64,000 nucleotides of DNA from Octopus vulgaris (Eukaryota): NCBI GenBank assembly GCA_951406725.2, contig OX597836.1:47492001-47556000 (forward strand). The letters run 5' to 3'. Below are positions 50,950-64,000 of this stretch, piece after piece. How positions within the stretch are numbered: position 1 is the stretch's first letter; each line of letters opens with the position of its first letter. A model generated the notes under the pieces. It was not told the DNA's origin. It saw only the letters and a program-made list of their open reading frames with translations, and searched no databases. A program made the translations under genes and the position numbers.

Positions 50950-52584
50950 GCTGTGAATGTTTATTTTGATAATGACATTGTGGGGAAGGTGCAAGAGGTC
51001 AGATCAGACCAGTTTGAACATAAAACAGGCAGAATATTTGGGCCAAATATGGCCAGTTTAAATGCTGAAGAGTTAATGTTGATGCAATGGTAAGTCACTT
51101 ATGCACCATTTAGGTTGGACTCTAATCTGACAGGCTAATAGTGCTAGGTTTACTCTTCTTTTACTCATTTTGAAGAAGTATTTTCCTTCTCTAATCATTT
51201 CTCTCAGCAGCTCAAGTCTTATTTTGATTTGAGCTGCATCAGTAAAAGAATCTATTAGCTTAACTATCTGTTCTACTTATTGCTGTCTGTGGAATTCACA
51301 CTGTTACTGCCTTTGGCAGTGACTGATCTGATGGATGCAGTGAAAATGGTAGCTGCAGTAGTGATGGTTTTGTTAAACCGACTGTTTCTGAGTTAGTGAT
51401 TGTCTGCTGCCATAGTGAAAGTGGTGGTAGTGATGTTGGTAGAAGCAATGCTGCTATGACTGTTGAACTTTACGTTGACCTAATGGTGGTGGTGGTGGTG
51501 GTAGTGTCAATGCTGCTGGTTTTGTTTGCTGTGATGGTGAGAGTGTTTGTCAGTTTGTTGAGTTTTTTTTTTTTTTGTGTGTGTGTGTAGTATGTTGTTG
51601 CTTTTCTTTGTGTGGTATATTGTGGTTGTTGCTGCTGTTATGGTTACAAGCTGGGGTCATAACTGGAATAGCAACAGGAAGCTGTAGGAAACCCTTTTCA
51701 TAGCGAATTTTCCAAAAGACAGCCATCTCCTTCTTTTGCAATACTATATTTTTCTGTTTTAAAAGAATACTTAAATCTGAGGGGAAAAATAAACAAACTT
51801 TACCCTAGAAACCAAAAACAAAATAGAACTGGCCAATTTATTAAGGTCCTGATAAGTCTGGCAACAAAATAAAGCAAATATTTTGTAAATGTAGATTTTT
51901 CAAACAGATAAAACAAACAAAAGAAACAAAATGGTTGGGGGGGGGGCTATACCAAAACAACAATGACAAAAATAACAATAAAAAGAAAACAATTGCTTTT
52001 AATTCAGGCACAAAATTTTGAGGAAAGGGGAACAATCAATTACACTAACCCCAGTATTTCAATGGTACTTTATTGATCCCAAAACGATGAAAGACAACAG
52101 TAACCTTGGTGGAATTTGAACTCAGAACATAGATTTTGAACATATGTTATAAACAAAGATTAAGTAACAAGCAAGATATTCAGTGGAGTGGGGTGCGCAG
52201 TAGACCATTGCTGACCCATGCATAAGGCCACAAATATGGGAAATAAGGAGAACAGCTGTTCATTCCGATTCCTTCCCCTGTACTTGTTTTGGAGTCAGGG
52301 AATAGTTTATCATAAACCCTGAACTTGTCATTTATTTATTTCTTGGTGAAAGATAGCATTGTTAGCTCCAGGTTTTCAATGGATTCATAAGTTGTTCACT
52401 GCATTTTAGGTGATAAGTGACAAGAGTGTAACTAGATACAGAACAAATCTCCCGAAACATTTCATTTCTAATGCATAGGGTTTTCAGTTTTTTCAAACAT
52501 CTCAAAATCAAGAACAATGGATAATGTAGTCCAACATACTCCTAATAAGATGGGATGGTCATGAATGGAATGCTTTTGAACAAC

Positions 52585-52762
52585 TCATACTGGGGCACCA
52601 CCTTGAAGAATTTTAGTCGAACAAATTGACCCCAGTATGCTTTTTGTTTTAAGTTTGCTACATATTCTATCATTCTCTTTTGCCAAACCACTAAGTCATA
52701 GGGACATAATCACACCAACACCAGTTGTCAAGCAGTGGGATGAGGACAAAGAGAGACAAAGG

Positions 52763-52798
<36 letters not shown>

Positions 52799-53497
52799 GG
52801 GAGAGAGAGAGAGAGAAGAATTTCTTTCAATTTCCATCTACCAAATCCACTCACAAGGCTTTAATCAGCCCAAGGGTATAGTAGAAGACTTCTACCCAGG
52901 GTACCACACAGTGGGACTGAACTCAGAGCCATGTGGTTGAGAAACAAAGCTCCATCATCATACACCTACTTTTCCATACTTGCAGGGGTCAGACAGAATT
53001 TGTTGAGGCAAACTTTCTGCTGCTAGTTGTTCTTCTTGTCACTAAACCTCACCTGTTTCCGAGCAAGGTAATATTTCTCCCATGGCCAGGCACGTTTTTG
53101 GCAAAAGACCAGCATTCCTTGTTTGACAATAATGATCGTTAACAACCACCATGTGATGCCAAGATAAGGGTAAACAGAAACAAAGACACACATGTACATA
53201 CATACATACATGTGTGTGTATACACATACATATATACACCAAATACACTAACAATGCTTTGGTCAGCCCAGAACTATTACTCTTTACTCTTTCTCTTTTA
53301 CTTGTTTCAGTCAATTGAATGTAGCCATGCTGGAGCACCGCCTTTAGTTGAGCAAATCGACCCCAAGACTTATTCTTTGTAGGCCCAGTACTTATTCTAT
53401 CAGTCTCTTTTGCTGAACTGCTAAGCTATGGGGATGTAAACACACCAGCATCGGTTGTCAAGCGATGTTGGGGGGATAAACACAGACATGCAAACAT

Positions 53498-53562
<65 letters not shown>

Positions 53563-53858
53563 TACATACACACACACACACACATATATATACATATATA
53601 CGACAGGCTTCTTCCAGTTTCTGTCTACCAAATCCACTCACAAGGCTTTGGTCAGCCGGAAGCTATAGTAGAAGACACGTGCCCAAGGTGCCACACAGTG
53701 GGACTGAACCCGGAATCATGTGGTTGGTAAGCAAGCTACTTACCACACAGCCATTCCTACGCCTATATTGTAGAAGACATTTGCACAATGTACCACACAG
53801 TGGGATTGAACACAACACCATATGGCTAGGAAGCAAGCTACTCAACCACACAGCCACG
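52585..53858 (-). mobile_element. Cluster of SINE family A copies (52585-52950 diverged, 53278-53766 full, 53767-53858 head fragment)
   Basis: Repeated head and tail motifs, ending about 85 bp from the TMCC 53943 donor. Confidence 0.8.
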
Positions 53859-53942
53859 CTTATCACTATGCGATTGCTCAGAGCACAGACACAACACTGA
53901 GAAACACTGATGATGATGATTTATCTCAAAGAATGTTCTTAC

Positions 53943-54264
53943 CTTCCTTTGAGTCCTGTTCGCTTTTTATCTGCACCATTATCTTATGGATTTTAGCTTG
54001 TAGATGATCTTTAGCAGCTTTGGTACGATTAGGGTCAGGCGTGTGTGATCCATCAAAATCATCCACTGATGCCTCTCCAGATCCACTGCCACCACTGATT
54101 CCAGAGCTGAGTGTTGCTGATGTTGTGGCTGTGGTTGTGATGGAAGGCGTACAAGTGGTTGCTGCTGCTGTGTTAGTGGTACTAGGGGTGCCATTTTCTT
54201 GTTGAATTGCTTGCACCAGTGGTGGGGCCACTGGGTGCTTGCCAAGAGACCCAGTTCCGTCCAG
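53943..54264 (-). CDS. TMCC: TMCC-family coding exon (322 nt, phase 0 to 1)
   Basis: ttgtgcttctag acceptor and GAA G|gtaaga donor. Translates LDGTGSLGKHP...DPNRTKAAKDHLQAKIHKIMVQIKSEQDSKE, resembling the start of the TMCC coiled coil (DPQRTKAAI.HLQQKILK..EQIK.EQ). Confidence 0.9.
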
Positions 54265-55799
54265 CTAGAAGCACAACAATGACAAGGAATTTTAGCAAAG
54301 TTTACCTCTTACTATATAAATACAACAACATAGCAAGGACAAGAAATCAGTTCTTACTCGTAATTTTTCAGTAGGAATTTGAGTCAACTAAGAGGAGTTC
54401 CAACTAAATGACGTCTCCAAGTGGTTTAAATTTAGAATTATCCAATATCCCAATGGCTAAAACATGCCGGCAGAAGGGGTCCCAGGAGTCATGACCTGCA
54501 TGCAACCCAAGCCCTTAAAGTGTAAGAAGGGCCAAAACACTTGCTTGAGAGGGTTTCATCTCTGAAGACCTTCTACTGTTCAGCTCTCATGAGAGTTTCT
54601 TACTACCATACAATAACACAGAAAGGACAAGAAATATATATTTTTCATGCATATATTTCAAAAATACCTATTTTTATGGCTTCACCAGCGAAGGAAAGGT
54701 GGCTCACATGACTTTTGTATAGGGCTTCTAAGGTTGAGTGGAATAAACATGGGTTGCTGTTGTAGGAACCAAGATATCAAATTTTCCTTACACTGACTCC
54801 TGGTGCGAAAGATTGCAACAGAATGGACTCTGTTTAAAGCACCAAAGGGCCATGAGGTGGCATTAAACAAACAAACAAAAAAAGGGTACACCTCATCTGA
54901 TGGGATTCTGCACAGTTTCCATCTGCCTAATTTCACTCACAGAATATTGTGTTGGTCTGAAACTATGACAGAAGACAGCAGCCAAAGCCAATGTGGAGTG
55001 GGATTGAACCTGGAACCAGGTGATTACAAAGCAAACATTTTTTATCACACAGCTGTGCCTAAATCCATGGTCTTTGCTCGGTATCTTTATAGTGCTATAA
55101 GATGAACTGACAACAAACTGACTGCTCCTAAATCCATTATGCATGAACACAGAATGCTACTAAATGAATTTTATAAAATTCAAACTTCATTTAACACTTT
55201 TGTGATCATATTTCTACTGAAATACACACTGTGTTCTAGTTTATTTAGGTGTGGGAAAAAGAAAAATAATAATCATGAATTAGGAGAGATTTAGTAAAAA
55301 TAACTCATTTTGAAGCTGGAGTTTGTAAAATAAATTATCAAACAGATTCTTACTTAAAATAATGGTTTCAAATTTTGGCCGCAGTTTCACGGGTGGGGGT
55401 AAAGCAATTACATTGGCCCCAAGCACTCAACTGGTACTTATTTTATCAACCTCTAAAGGATGAAAGGCAAAGTTGACCTTCATGGAAATTCTTACTTACA
55501 ATAACAACAAAAGATTTTCATTTGAAGGTAGAACATTTAAAAATGAGCTGCTTTGCATCTTAGATTCAATAGTGATGGTCTCAGATAGGTTGGCATAAAT
55601 AACAGAGATAACTAACAAAAGGTTTTATGTAAAATCATAATGAAAGTTTTTAAATTTAAATATGAACAGCTTAAACTGAATGGTTTTTGTATTATAGAGA
55701 CAAAATACAATCCCAAATGAGTTGATTTTATAAAAGTTGAATTTGATGATTGCTTCATGTAACTGTGTGAAGATATTAGTAAAACATTGACTGACTTAC

Positions 55800-55989
55800 G
55801 TTATCAAGCTCTTCGGCACTATGGGAAAGATATTGGTGAACATCTGCATCAGGTTGAAGTGATGTCACACTTTTTGGTTTGGCCCCGGAACCAACATTTT
55901 CTGGAGTGTGTTTTTTAGGCAAGTTTGGACTTTTTGAACTTTTCTTTATATTTTTTAGAGGTGTAATTTTTGTATTTTCTGATTTTTTC
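55800..55989 (-). CDS. TMCC: TMCC-family gene, N-terminal coding exon (190 nt, phase 2 to 0)
   Basis: Pyrimidine tract tctttttctctctctttgtag acceptor and AAC|gtaagt donor. Open frame KKSENTKITPLKNIKKSSKSPNL...AEELDN joins in phase 0 to the 54264 exon. No in-frame ATG, so the start is upstream. Confidence 0.7.
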
Positions 55990-56617
55990 CTACAAAGAGA
56001 GAGAAAAAGAGAGTCAGAAGAATAAAGAAGCAAGACCAAGGTTTTATTTAACAGTATCAATACATAGTGTCCTTGATAAAAGGGTCTGGAATAAAGTGTT
56101 GGACATGATTACATCAGAGATAAAGATAAAATGACAGCAGTGACTTTCCTAGTGCATCCAACATACATAACAAGTCTCTAAAGCTCACTAAATATTCACA
56201 AAATTAGAATTGAAGAAAATGCTGCAAAAAATAAGAAATACAGGTTTCTTTTTGTCAAGATTTAAAAAGATTTAGCTTGTAAATCATTAAAATGATATTT
56301 CAGAATGATTTTCTTAATTTCATTCTGAAAAAAAAAAACAAAAAAAAACAATGATATACAGAAAGAATAAACTCATCTTCATTGAAAATTCATACAGTAA
56401 TAATGAAAAATAATTTAGCTGATTAATATATTCATTTTTAGAATCAATATTTTTCAAATGTTTAATTAAATCAATATATGTTTCATATATGATTTCTGTT
56501 AAATGTTCACCGATTATTACATTTCTATTCATCCAATATATTTCTCTGGTCAGGAATTAATGGTTCTGTCATGATTAGATCTCCATACAACTTCAATGGA
56601 GTTGCAAATTCTATGTA

Positions 56618-57880
56618 TCAGGTCATTAAGAATGAAATTTCCGATTTTCTTTTGCACCAAGTTTGACCGTCATTAACTCTAATGTTTTATCCTGACAATT
56701 CTTTGTTTTACACCTTTGAAGAGTTACATCACTTTTCGAAATGCAATTCATGGTGTCTGATTATATTGTGAGTTTTCTCTTGTAAATCAATTTTTGTGAA
56801 CCCATGGAAAGATCAAAAATTTGTGTTGTTTATGAATATTAGTTCTGTCATGGAACCAATGTATCCAAGACAGCTCGAAACATCAATGAGGCTTTTGGTG
56901 AAGATGTGGTGAATGAGTGCACTGTATGTTGATGGTTTCAGAAGTTCCAGTGACTTAACTCTTGAAAATCAGCCCCGTGGTAAACCCGAGACCAAGGTGG
57001 ATAATGATGAGCTGGAAACTGTAGTAGAAGTGAATACATCTCAAACTACACGTGAGTTAGCAGCAAGGTTTGATGTTTCGATTCCAACAGTATTGGACCA
57101 TCTGAAACAAATTGGCACGGTAAAGAAGCTGGACATGTGGGTACCACATGAATTGAACGATCATCAAATGACACATCGTCTTGAAACTTGCTGTTCTTTG
57201 CTGCCATGGCATAAAAGCAAACCATTTTTGCATCATATTGTTGTGTGGTGAAAAATGCATTTTCTTCAACAATAGCAAACATTCTGCACAGTGGTAGGAT
57301 AGAGACAAAGTGTCAAAACACAATCCAAAAAAGAATATTCACCAAAAAAAAGCTAATGGTGTCTGTTTGGTAGTCCAGCACTGGCGTCATTCACTACAGC
57401 TTCATGAGACTTGATAAGTCAATTACAGTGGATGTATGCATCAACCAATTGGATGACATGAAACTGAACATGCAATTAAACAACCAAAATTGGTCAATAG
57501 AGACAGGTTGATTCTCTTGCAAGACAATTGCTTGACCACGTGTTGCACAAAGAACGCTACTCAAGTTACAAGAACTGAACTTGGAAGCACTGTCATCCAC
57601 CATATTTCATCAGACCTTGCACCAATTATCACATTTTCCAGGCATTTGACAATTTTTTGCAAGGAAATGACTTCAAATCTGAAGATGCAAAAACAGCCTT
57701 TCGGGATTTCATCACCTCTTCCTCTCCAGGATTCTTCACTGCCGGCATAAATAAGCTACTGATAAAATGGCAAAATTGTGTTGATAATTCAAGTGCATAC
57801 TTTGATTAACTGCCTTGCTTTTTGTTGAGATAAAGTAAAATAAACTTTCAGTTGAAAATCGGACATTTCATTCTTAATGA
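56618..57880 (+). mobile_element. Near full-length mariner transposon (cecropia-like) with pseudogenised transposase 56804-57809
   Basis: TA + TIR TCAGGTCATTAAGAATGAAAT.TCCGATTTTC and an inverted copy at 57854-57880 lacking the terminal bases. WVPHEL, LLQDN and SSDLAP motifs, with stops and frameshifts. Confidence 0.92.
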
Positions 57881-58210
57881 AAGAAAAGCCAAGCAACAAT
57901 ACAAACATTGTAAAATATTTCTGTAAAGGTACACAAGCAGGATTGAGAACTCCACTGATATAAGGCTACATAACAACATACAAACTTATCTTACTTTACA
58001 GATATCTTTACAATGTCTCCTATGACTCACCAGGTTTATATCTATTTGATACAGATAGCAAAACAAACTTAAATTTTAAACAAAGTTTTGGTTAGAGGGG
58101 GTGCCTAGTTTAACATTGTCATTTTTTGGATCTTGGGTACTTTCACAGGTTAGCATTTAAACTGGTCACATCTGGCCAAATATTAGCATGTTTTATGCTA
58201 AAACTGACCA

Positions 58211-58620
58211 GAGTCAGGAGTGGCTGTGTGGTAAGTAGCTTGCTAACCAACCACATGGTTCCGGGTTCAGTCCCACTGCGTGGCATCTTGGGCAAGTGTC
58301 TTCTGCTATAGCCCCGGGCCGACCAATGCCTTGTGAGTGAATTTGGTAGACGGAAACTGAAAGAAACCTGTCGTATATATGTATATATATATAAGTTTGT
58401 GTGTATATGTTTGTGTGTCTGTGTTTGTCCCCCTAACATTGCTTGACAACCGATGCTGGTGTGTTTACATCCCCGTCACTTAGCGGTTCGGCAAAAGAGA
58501 CCGATAGAATAAGTACTGGGCTTACAAAGAATAAGTCCTGGGGTCGATTTGCTCGACTAAAGGCGGTGCTCCAGCATGGCCGCAGTCAAATGACTGAAAC
58601 AAGTAAAAGAGTAAAAAGAG
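58211..58620 (+). mobile_element. SINE family A nested in a diverged piggyBac-type MITE (about 58150-58783)
   Basis: Near-consensus SINE flanked by MITE halves (ttagcatttaaactgg ... gaatgccaaatggttaa). Confidence 0.85.
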
Positions 58621-59605
58621 AGAGAGATCCAACCTGCCATGCCTGCCCTACTATGTCATTCTCAAAATATACAAACACACCTTTGAAATCTTGAAGCTAA
58701 CAAGATAATGCAAGACTAATTGAAAACTATGTGAATAAATAAGCAATACATTTCACAGAGTAATTTGAATGCCAAATGGTTAAGCCAAGTCTAATCTATA
58801 ACAAACATTCAAACAAGGTGTCTGGTCTGGAGATATTTAGATAAGTGCTGTTTGCCACTACAACAACTCACAAGTCATGGGTTTCCTCTTCCTCCCTTAC
58901 AAGTCCTGAAAGTCCTTCAAAACATGGAAATTACTCTTTCGCCTCTGACTAAGACATAAATAAAATGTTCATAAAAATATTCAATTTAAATATATTTCTC
59001 CTTCTTCACATGTCTGTAGCCAAGATGCATTTCCCAAACTCTGTGCAAGGTATCTCTGCCCCCCCCCCCCCCATTAGCATTAGTAGGCCCTTGATTTTGT
59101 GTTATGTTTCTTTGCCAATAACATCAGAATATATTGGCTTTCTGATTTGATAAAATGCCAGAATGTTCTTTTTGCAAGATTCCCTTTTTAATGGTAATCA
59201 TTTATACAATCTCTTTAAGAAGAGAAATGAAATAAAATAAAAACATTCAAAAAATGTTCTTAATACAAAGAACATCATTAGGTTCACTAACTATTAATAC
59301 AATGTTTCTCAGGACGAATTTTCTCATACCCTAATCTAGTTCATTGGTTGTCTACTGACAGTACTGCACTTTATCCTTAGGCAAGATACTTTAATCTGCT
59401 ATCTTCAGTCAATGAAGTTAGAAACAATTACTATTATCACTTGAATTTATTATTTATTTGTATTTGTTCATGTAAGAAGATAATGGGTTTTAAATAGGAT
59501 TTCAAATATTGTTGTTTATCTCCAGGTCAGCTCTGATTAACAAATGACATTCTAGCCATGGCCCTCTTGCCTTTTAAATCAAAGCTAAAATCATAATCAA
59601 TTATA

Positions 59606-59975
59606 GGTGCAGGCGTGGCTGTGTGGTAAGATGTTTGTTTCCCAACCACATGGTTCTGGGTTCAGTCCCAATGTGCAATGACTTGGACAAGTATCTGCTG
59701 TTATACCCTTGAGCTGACCAAAGCTAAGTGAGTGAATTTGGTAGGTGGAAACTGAAAGAAGCTCGTAAAATGTGTGTGTTTGTTCTCTGTCACCACATGA
59801 CACCCAGTGGTGGTGTGTTTACAGCCCCATAACTTAGCAGTTCAGCAAAAAATACTGATACAATAAGTCCCAAGCTTTAAAAAAAATAAGTACTGCTGTC
59901 AATTCATTTGACTAAAATTCAAGGTGGTACCACAGTCTAATGATTGCCACAGTCTAATGATTAAGATAAAAGACA
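59606..59975 (+). mobile_element. SINE family A, diverged variant
   Basis: A/B boxes and body similarity. Confidence 0.75.
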
Positions 59976-60269
59976 AATTAGGGTGTGAGGCTGCAATAGT
60001 TAGTGCAGTTATCTTACTTTTAGAAATCCTTCATGATTGAAGACATTCTCATATTCCTGATTCTACAACTCAGAGAATACATGAAGAACTGACAAAAAAA
60101 TGGTAGCTTGCACTTACTTTTTAACCATGTTTCAATTAATATGATTCTCTCATTGTCTTCAGTACACACACACACATATATATATATAATTATAAATACA
60201 ACCCCACCATTTACTGACTTATACATTATATATATATATATTATACATTATATGCCTATATGTATATTA

Positions 60270-60310
<41 letters not shown>

Positions 60311-60789
60311 ACACCCCAACTTAAAAGAAGGCCATCATGAGAGACTGAACCCACTGAGGCCAGAGGTGGATGTTGAATTATGTGGAAGAAAAGGAGTGGA
60401 TGAAATGGAAGTCATAATTTAATTAGAAACTGTGAAAAACATTTGGTTGAACTTTTGGCTTTTAAAAAAGGTAAAGAAAATAAGCAAATCCGGTATGAAC
60501 ATTTGTTTAAAAAGTTTATAAATGTAAGGTAAAAGCAAAAAGGGAAGTTGTGGTTTCACCTCGGAGCGAGGCTAGAAATTATTATGTAAAATGTAAAGGT
60601 TTAATGAAAAGGAAGGCACGGTTTCATGTTGCAGCAGAAGTGAGATGGCCGTCTCATTTGCATTGTAATTTTATTCATTTCACATTCATCCTGTCATGTG
60701 GTTTTTGTTCCCACATGTCTGTGTATGTCCCCTCTGTGTTTAGGCCTTGTGCCTGTGATGAAAAAAAGAACATCAAGCCAGTAAACCAT

Positions 60790-60844
60790 GCCACTCCAGA
60801 CTGATGACAAGCAATGACTCAGAAACCAGTCTCTGGATGGTGGC
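60790..60844 (+). ncRNA. Minimal type I hammerhead ribozyme motif (CpG-decayed)
   Basis: TCCAGA-CTGATGA-CAAG(caatga)CTCA-GAAAC-CA-GTC^TCTGGA. Perfect 6-bp stem I that extends further, and an intact core. Stem II and the loop III palindrome are restored by reversing three CpG transitions. Confidence 0.7.
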
Positions 60845-60998
60845 TTTGCTGGATGGAGGTTCTTATCTCCTCCTTTGTAAACATAAGGACACAGGAAATG
60901 TGTCAAGGCTGACAGGATGTGGTGCTTCCTTGGGCTAAATAGCAGTAGTATTCTTCCCTTTCATGGGACTGTCACATTAAGCTGACAACATACCACTA

Positions 60999-61032
<34 letters not shown>

Positions 61033-61037
<5 letters not shown>

Positions 61038-61665
61038 CACCCACTACACTCATGGAGTGATTGGCGTTAGGAAGGGCATCCAGCCGTAGAAACATTGCCA
61101 GATCAAACTGGGCCTGGTGCAGCCTTCTGGCTTCCCAGACCCCAGTTGAACCGTCCAACCCATGCTAGCATGGAAAGCGGACACTAAACGATGATGATCA
61201 TCATCATCATCATCATCCTCATCCTCATTTAACGTCCGCTTTCCATGCTAGCATGGGTTGGACGGTTCAACTGAAGTCTGGGGAGCCCGAAGGCTGCACC
61301 AGGCCAGTCAGATCTGGCAGTGTTTCTACAGCTGGATGCCCTTCCTAACGCCAACCACTCTGAGAGTGTAGTGGGTGATTTTATGTGCCACCGACACAGG
61401 TGCCAGACGAGGCTGGCGAACGGCCACGCTCGGATGGTGTTTTTATGTGCCACCGACACAAGTGCCAGATGAGGCTGGCGAACGGCCACGATCGGATGGT
61501 GTTTGTTACGTGCCCACAGCACGGAGGCCAGTCGATGCGGTACTGGCTACGGCCACGTTCGGATGGTTTTCTTGTGTGCCACCGGCACTGGTACCACAAA
61601 GATACAAATTCCATTGATGTTCATCTATTTTGATTTGGTTTGATTTTCACTTGCCTCAACAGGTC
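61033..61665. mobile_element. Two RTE-type 3' ends, tail to tail; the minus copy has a ~62-bp tandem repeat
   Basis: Plus copy 61033-61198, minus copy 61198-61665, sharing a (GAT)/(ATC) junction. Confidence 0.85.
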
Positions 61666-61699
61666 TTATGCAATCATCAGATTTACAATTCTACCAACA

Positions 61700-62210
61700 C
61701 ATGTTGAGGTTCTTTTTCAAAATATTGTTATTCTAATTTTACAACAGTTTAGAATTAAGATCAGAAAAGAGCTCCTGGCCTCTGATGGGAGTGTGTCTTC
61801 TATGACCGAAAGAAAACAAAAAAAAAACATTCCCAGAATGGACCATGTAATCTCATAGTTGATGTTCTGGGATTTGAATAAATGAATATGTTCAGCCGGT
61901 GAAGTGGTAGCTTTAAGACTGCTCTTACAAAAGGTGTGTATGGGGGTTGATATTCAGTTTCACCAGATTGGTGGTGGCTCCACTGTAGGATCTAGTAGTG
62001 GAAGTTGTTACCAGGCACTGGTATATTATGTTTGCTGGTACAGTTCCCATTTAATGGACATGTGTTTCTGCACTTGAAATTGCATCCATGTTATGTTGGA
62101 GATGATGATGATGCTGCTGATGATAATGTAGTAAGTTGGTTGTCAGTAATTCTTAGTGATGATGCAATGGTGTTTTTAAAGTTAATGTTTGTGTGAATTC
62201 ATTATTACAC
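61700..62210 (-). mobile_element. PLE GIY-YIG remnant (same type as 46.6 kb)
   Basis: CNFKCRNTCPLNGNC..IIYQCLV...YSGAT...HIHLFKSQNINYEITWSIL. An 80-bp segment recurs at about 63120-63200. Confidence 0.65.
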
Positions 62211-62228
62211 CCATATATATATATTTAT

Positions 62229-62259
<31 letters not shown>

Positions 62260-62277
62260 TACATACATATATATGTA

Positions 62278-62666
62278 TACTCTTTTACTCTTTTACTTGT
62301 TTCAGTCATTTGACTGCGGCCATGCTGAGCACCGCCTTTAGTCGAGCAAATCGACCCAGTACTTATTCTATCGGTCTCTTTTGCCGAACCGCTAATTGAC
62401 GGGGACGTAAACACACCAGCATCGGTTGTCAGGCAATGCTAGAGTGACAAACACAGACATGCAAACATATACATACACATACATATATATATATACATAT
62501 ATACGACATGCTTCTTTCAGTTTCCGTCTACCAAATCCACTCACAAGGCTTTGGTCGGCCCGGGGCTATAGCAGAAAACACTTGCCCAAGATGCCACGCA
62601 GTGGGACTGAACCCGGAACCATGTGGCTGGTTAGCAAGCTACTTACCATACAGCCACTCCTGCGCC
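62278..62666 (-). mobile_element. SINE family A
   Basis: Near-consensus copy with a short internal deletion. Confidence 0.9.
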
Positions 62667-63200
62667 ACTCCTGCGTATATAGACATTAGGATTGCAAGAT
62701 GTGTTTAATATTTTTCAAAATATTTTGTTCAATAGGCATTTGAAATGTTTGTGCTAGAAAATGTGAAAGTGGAAGTTACTAACAAAAAAAACCCAGATAT
62801 ATCAACAACCTAGACACAACAGCCAAAAAGAAATACATGCAAATGTATCATAAGCCAAAACGACTTTACCAATTGTCCATAAATAAACAGTTGAAGGTTA
62901 GCGAGATATCTAGCCTTAAGCAATTGGAGAAATTAGCTTTGTTTAGTAAACAGTTAAATGCAGACTTCAACCTTCAAAAATCTACAGATAATGTTTATCA
63001 ATACACATTATTCAAGGTGGATGTAGTTTATGTTAACTGTTCTGATCAACATTCGTTCAAGCTGAAGTCCTCAGCACTGGTACAGTGAATGTTTAAGAAT
63101 AATAATAATAACTAATAACTGTCAGTAATTCTTGGTGAGGATGCAATGATGTTTTTGAAGTTAATGTTAGTTTGACTTCATTATTACAACCACATATATA

Positions 63201-63660
63201 AGGAACCTGTGGTAGAGGTAGACCCAAGAAGACATGGGAGATGGTTGTGAAGCATGATCTTCAACCTTTGGTCCTCATGGAGTTCTTTGCGAAGATCTGT
63301 CATGCCAAGTGAAATCAGTCGTGGTTGGTGCTGGTGTCAAATAACTGGCACCCTTTCAAGCGTTGGGTTTCACAGAGGCAAGGTGGGCAAATGCAGTGGC
63401 TTGTAAACAGCATCTTTCGAGTGTTAGGCCTCACAGAGGCAATGACCAATGACCGAGACCTTTGATATTATGCCATGCTTGAGTAGAAGAGACACATCGA
63501 GCCAAGTGAAATCATAGTCGTGGCTGATGTCACACAAATGGCACCTGTGCCAGCAGCATGTAAAAGCACCCACTACACTCTGGTATTAGGAAGGGTATCT
63601 AGCCATAGAAATCATGCCAAATGAGACTAGAATTTGGCACAGACTAGAGTTTGTCCAAAG
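63201..63660 (+). mobile_element. RTE LINE 3' ORF end and UTR
   Basis: GTCGRGRPKKTWEMVVKHDL is a typical RTE C-terminal motif, followed by the 3' UTR seen elsewhere in the window. Confidence 0.75.
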
Positions 63661-63865
63661 AGTCAGAAAGGTGCTCAGCAAGAAATGGAAACAAAATGGA
63701 AAGGAGAAAAACTCATGATAATAATAATAATAACAAGAGCACTCAAACAACTGACATTTTCCACCACAGCCAGCAAAGGAAGCTGAGAGTTTTCATGAAA
63801 TAATAATTATAATCATCTGAAGAAAAGCAGAATCTTTTCTCACGTACACAAGGCCTAACAATTAC

Positions 63866-63899
63866 CCTGCAACTCTGACAATGACGCATACCAAACAAC
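63866..63899 (-). other. Possible upstream exon (5' UTR or coding) of the TMCC gene
   Basis: Strong acceptor tttttcctgtttgattttgtttgtacag at 63901-63900. The donor is ambiguous (gtatgc, gtaatt or gtgaga). Confidence 0.3.
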
Positions 63900-64000
63900 C
63901 TGTACAAACAAAATCAAACAGGAAAAACAAACAAACATAGCTATGATAAAGAAAAAAAAAAACAGCCTTATCACAAAAGGGAAAGATATCGTTATTCACG

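Noticed and set aside
51120-51780. Thr/Ser-rich, coding-looking stretch on the minus strand
   Set aside because: Stops in the frames I translated, no convincing splice sites, low complexity.
56804-57809. Active or domesticated mariner transposase
   Set aside because: Multiple stops and frameshifts, and a truncated right TIR.
60018-60088. Possible TMCC exon with a gtaaga donor
   Set aside because: The frame needed to join the phase-2 exon at 55989 contains TAA, so it could only be UTR. Unsupported.
61384-61590. About 62-bp tandem repeats resembling a CRISPR array
   Set aside because: No unique spacers, eukaryotic context, and part of an RTE 3' UTR.

Overview
This is AT-rich, microsatellite- and TE-dense eukaryotic DNA. 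The SINE and RTE families match those I recall from Octopus genomes, so an octopus origin is inferred rather than shown. The only host gene I can support is a minus-strand TMCC (transmembrane and coiled-coil domain / Dementin family) gene. It has three phase-compatible coding exons (55989-55800, 54264-53943, 45249-45024) and two candidate frame-preserving microexons (33 nt at 36313-36281, 27 nt at 23292-23266). Its start codon and C-terminal exons were not found, so most of the window is probably TMCC intron. The introns carry three tRNA-SINE families, RTE and R4/Dong-like LINE fragments, several Penelope-like element (PLE) remnants, mariner remnants, piggyBac-, pogo- and hAT-type MITEs, Helitron-like elements and several fold-back inverted repeats. 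The most unusual signal is two diverged copies (15000-15061 and 45563-45624) of a small repeat containing all three hammerhead-ribozyme core strands in a non-circularly permuted order, with compensatory stem changes between the copies. Two ordinary minimal type I hammerheads also occur (603-650 minus, 60790-60844 plus). Almost all ORFs in the supplied track are artefacts of microsatellites and SINEs.
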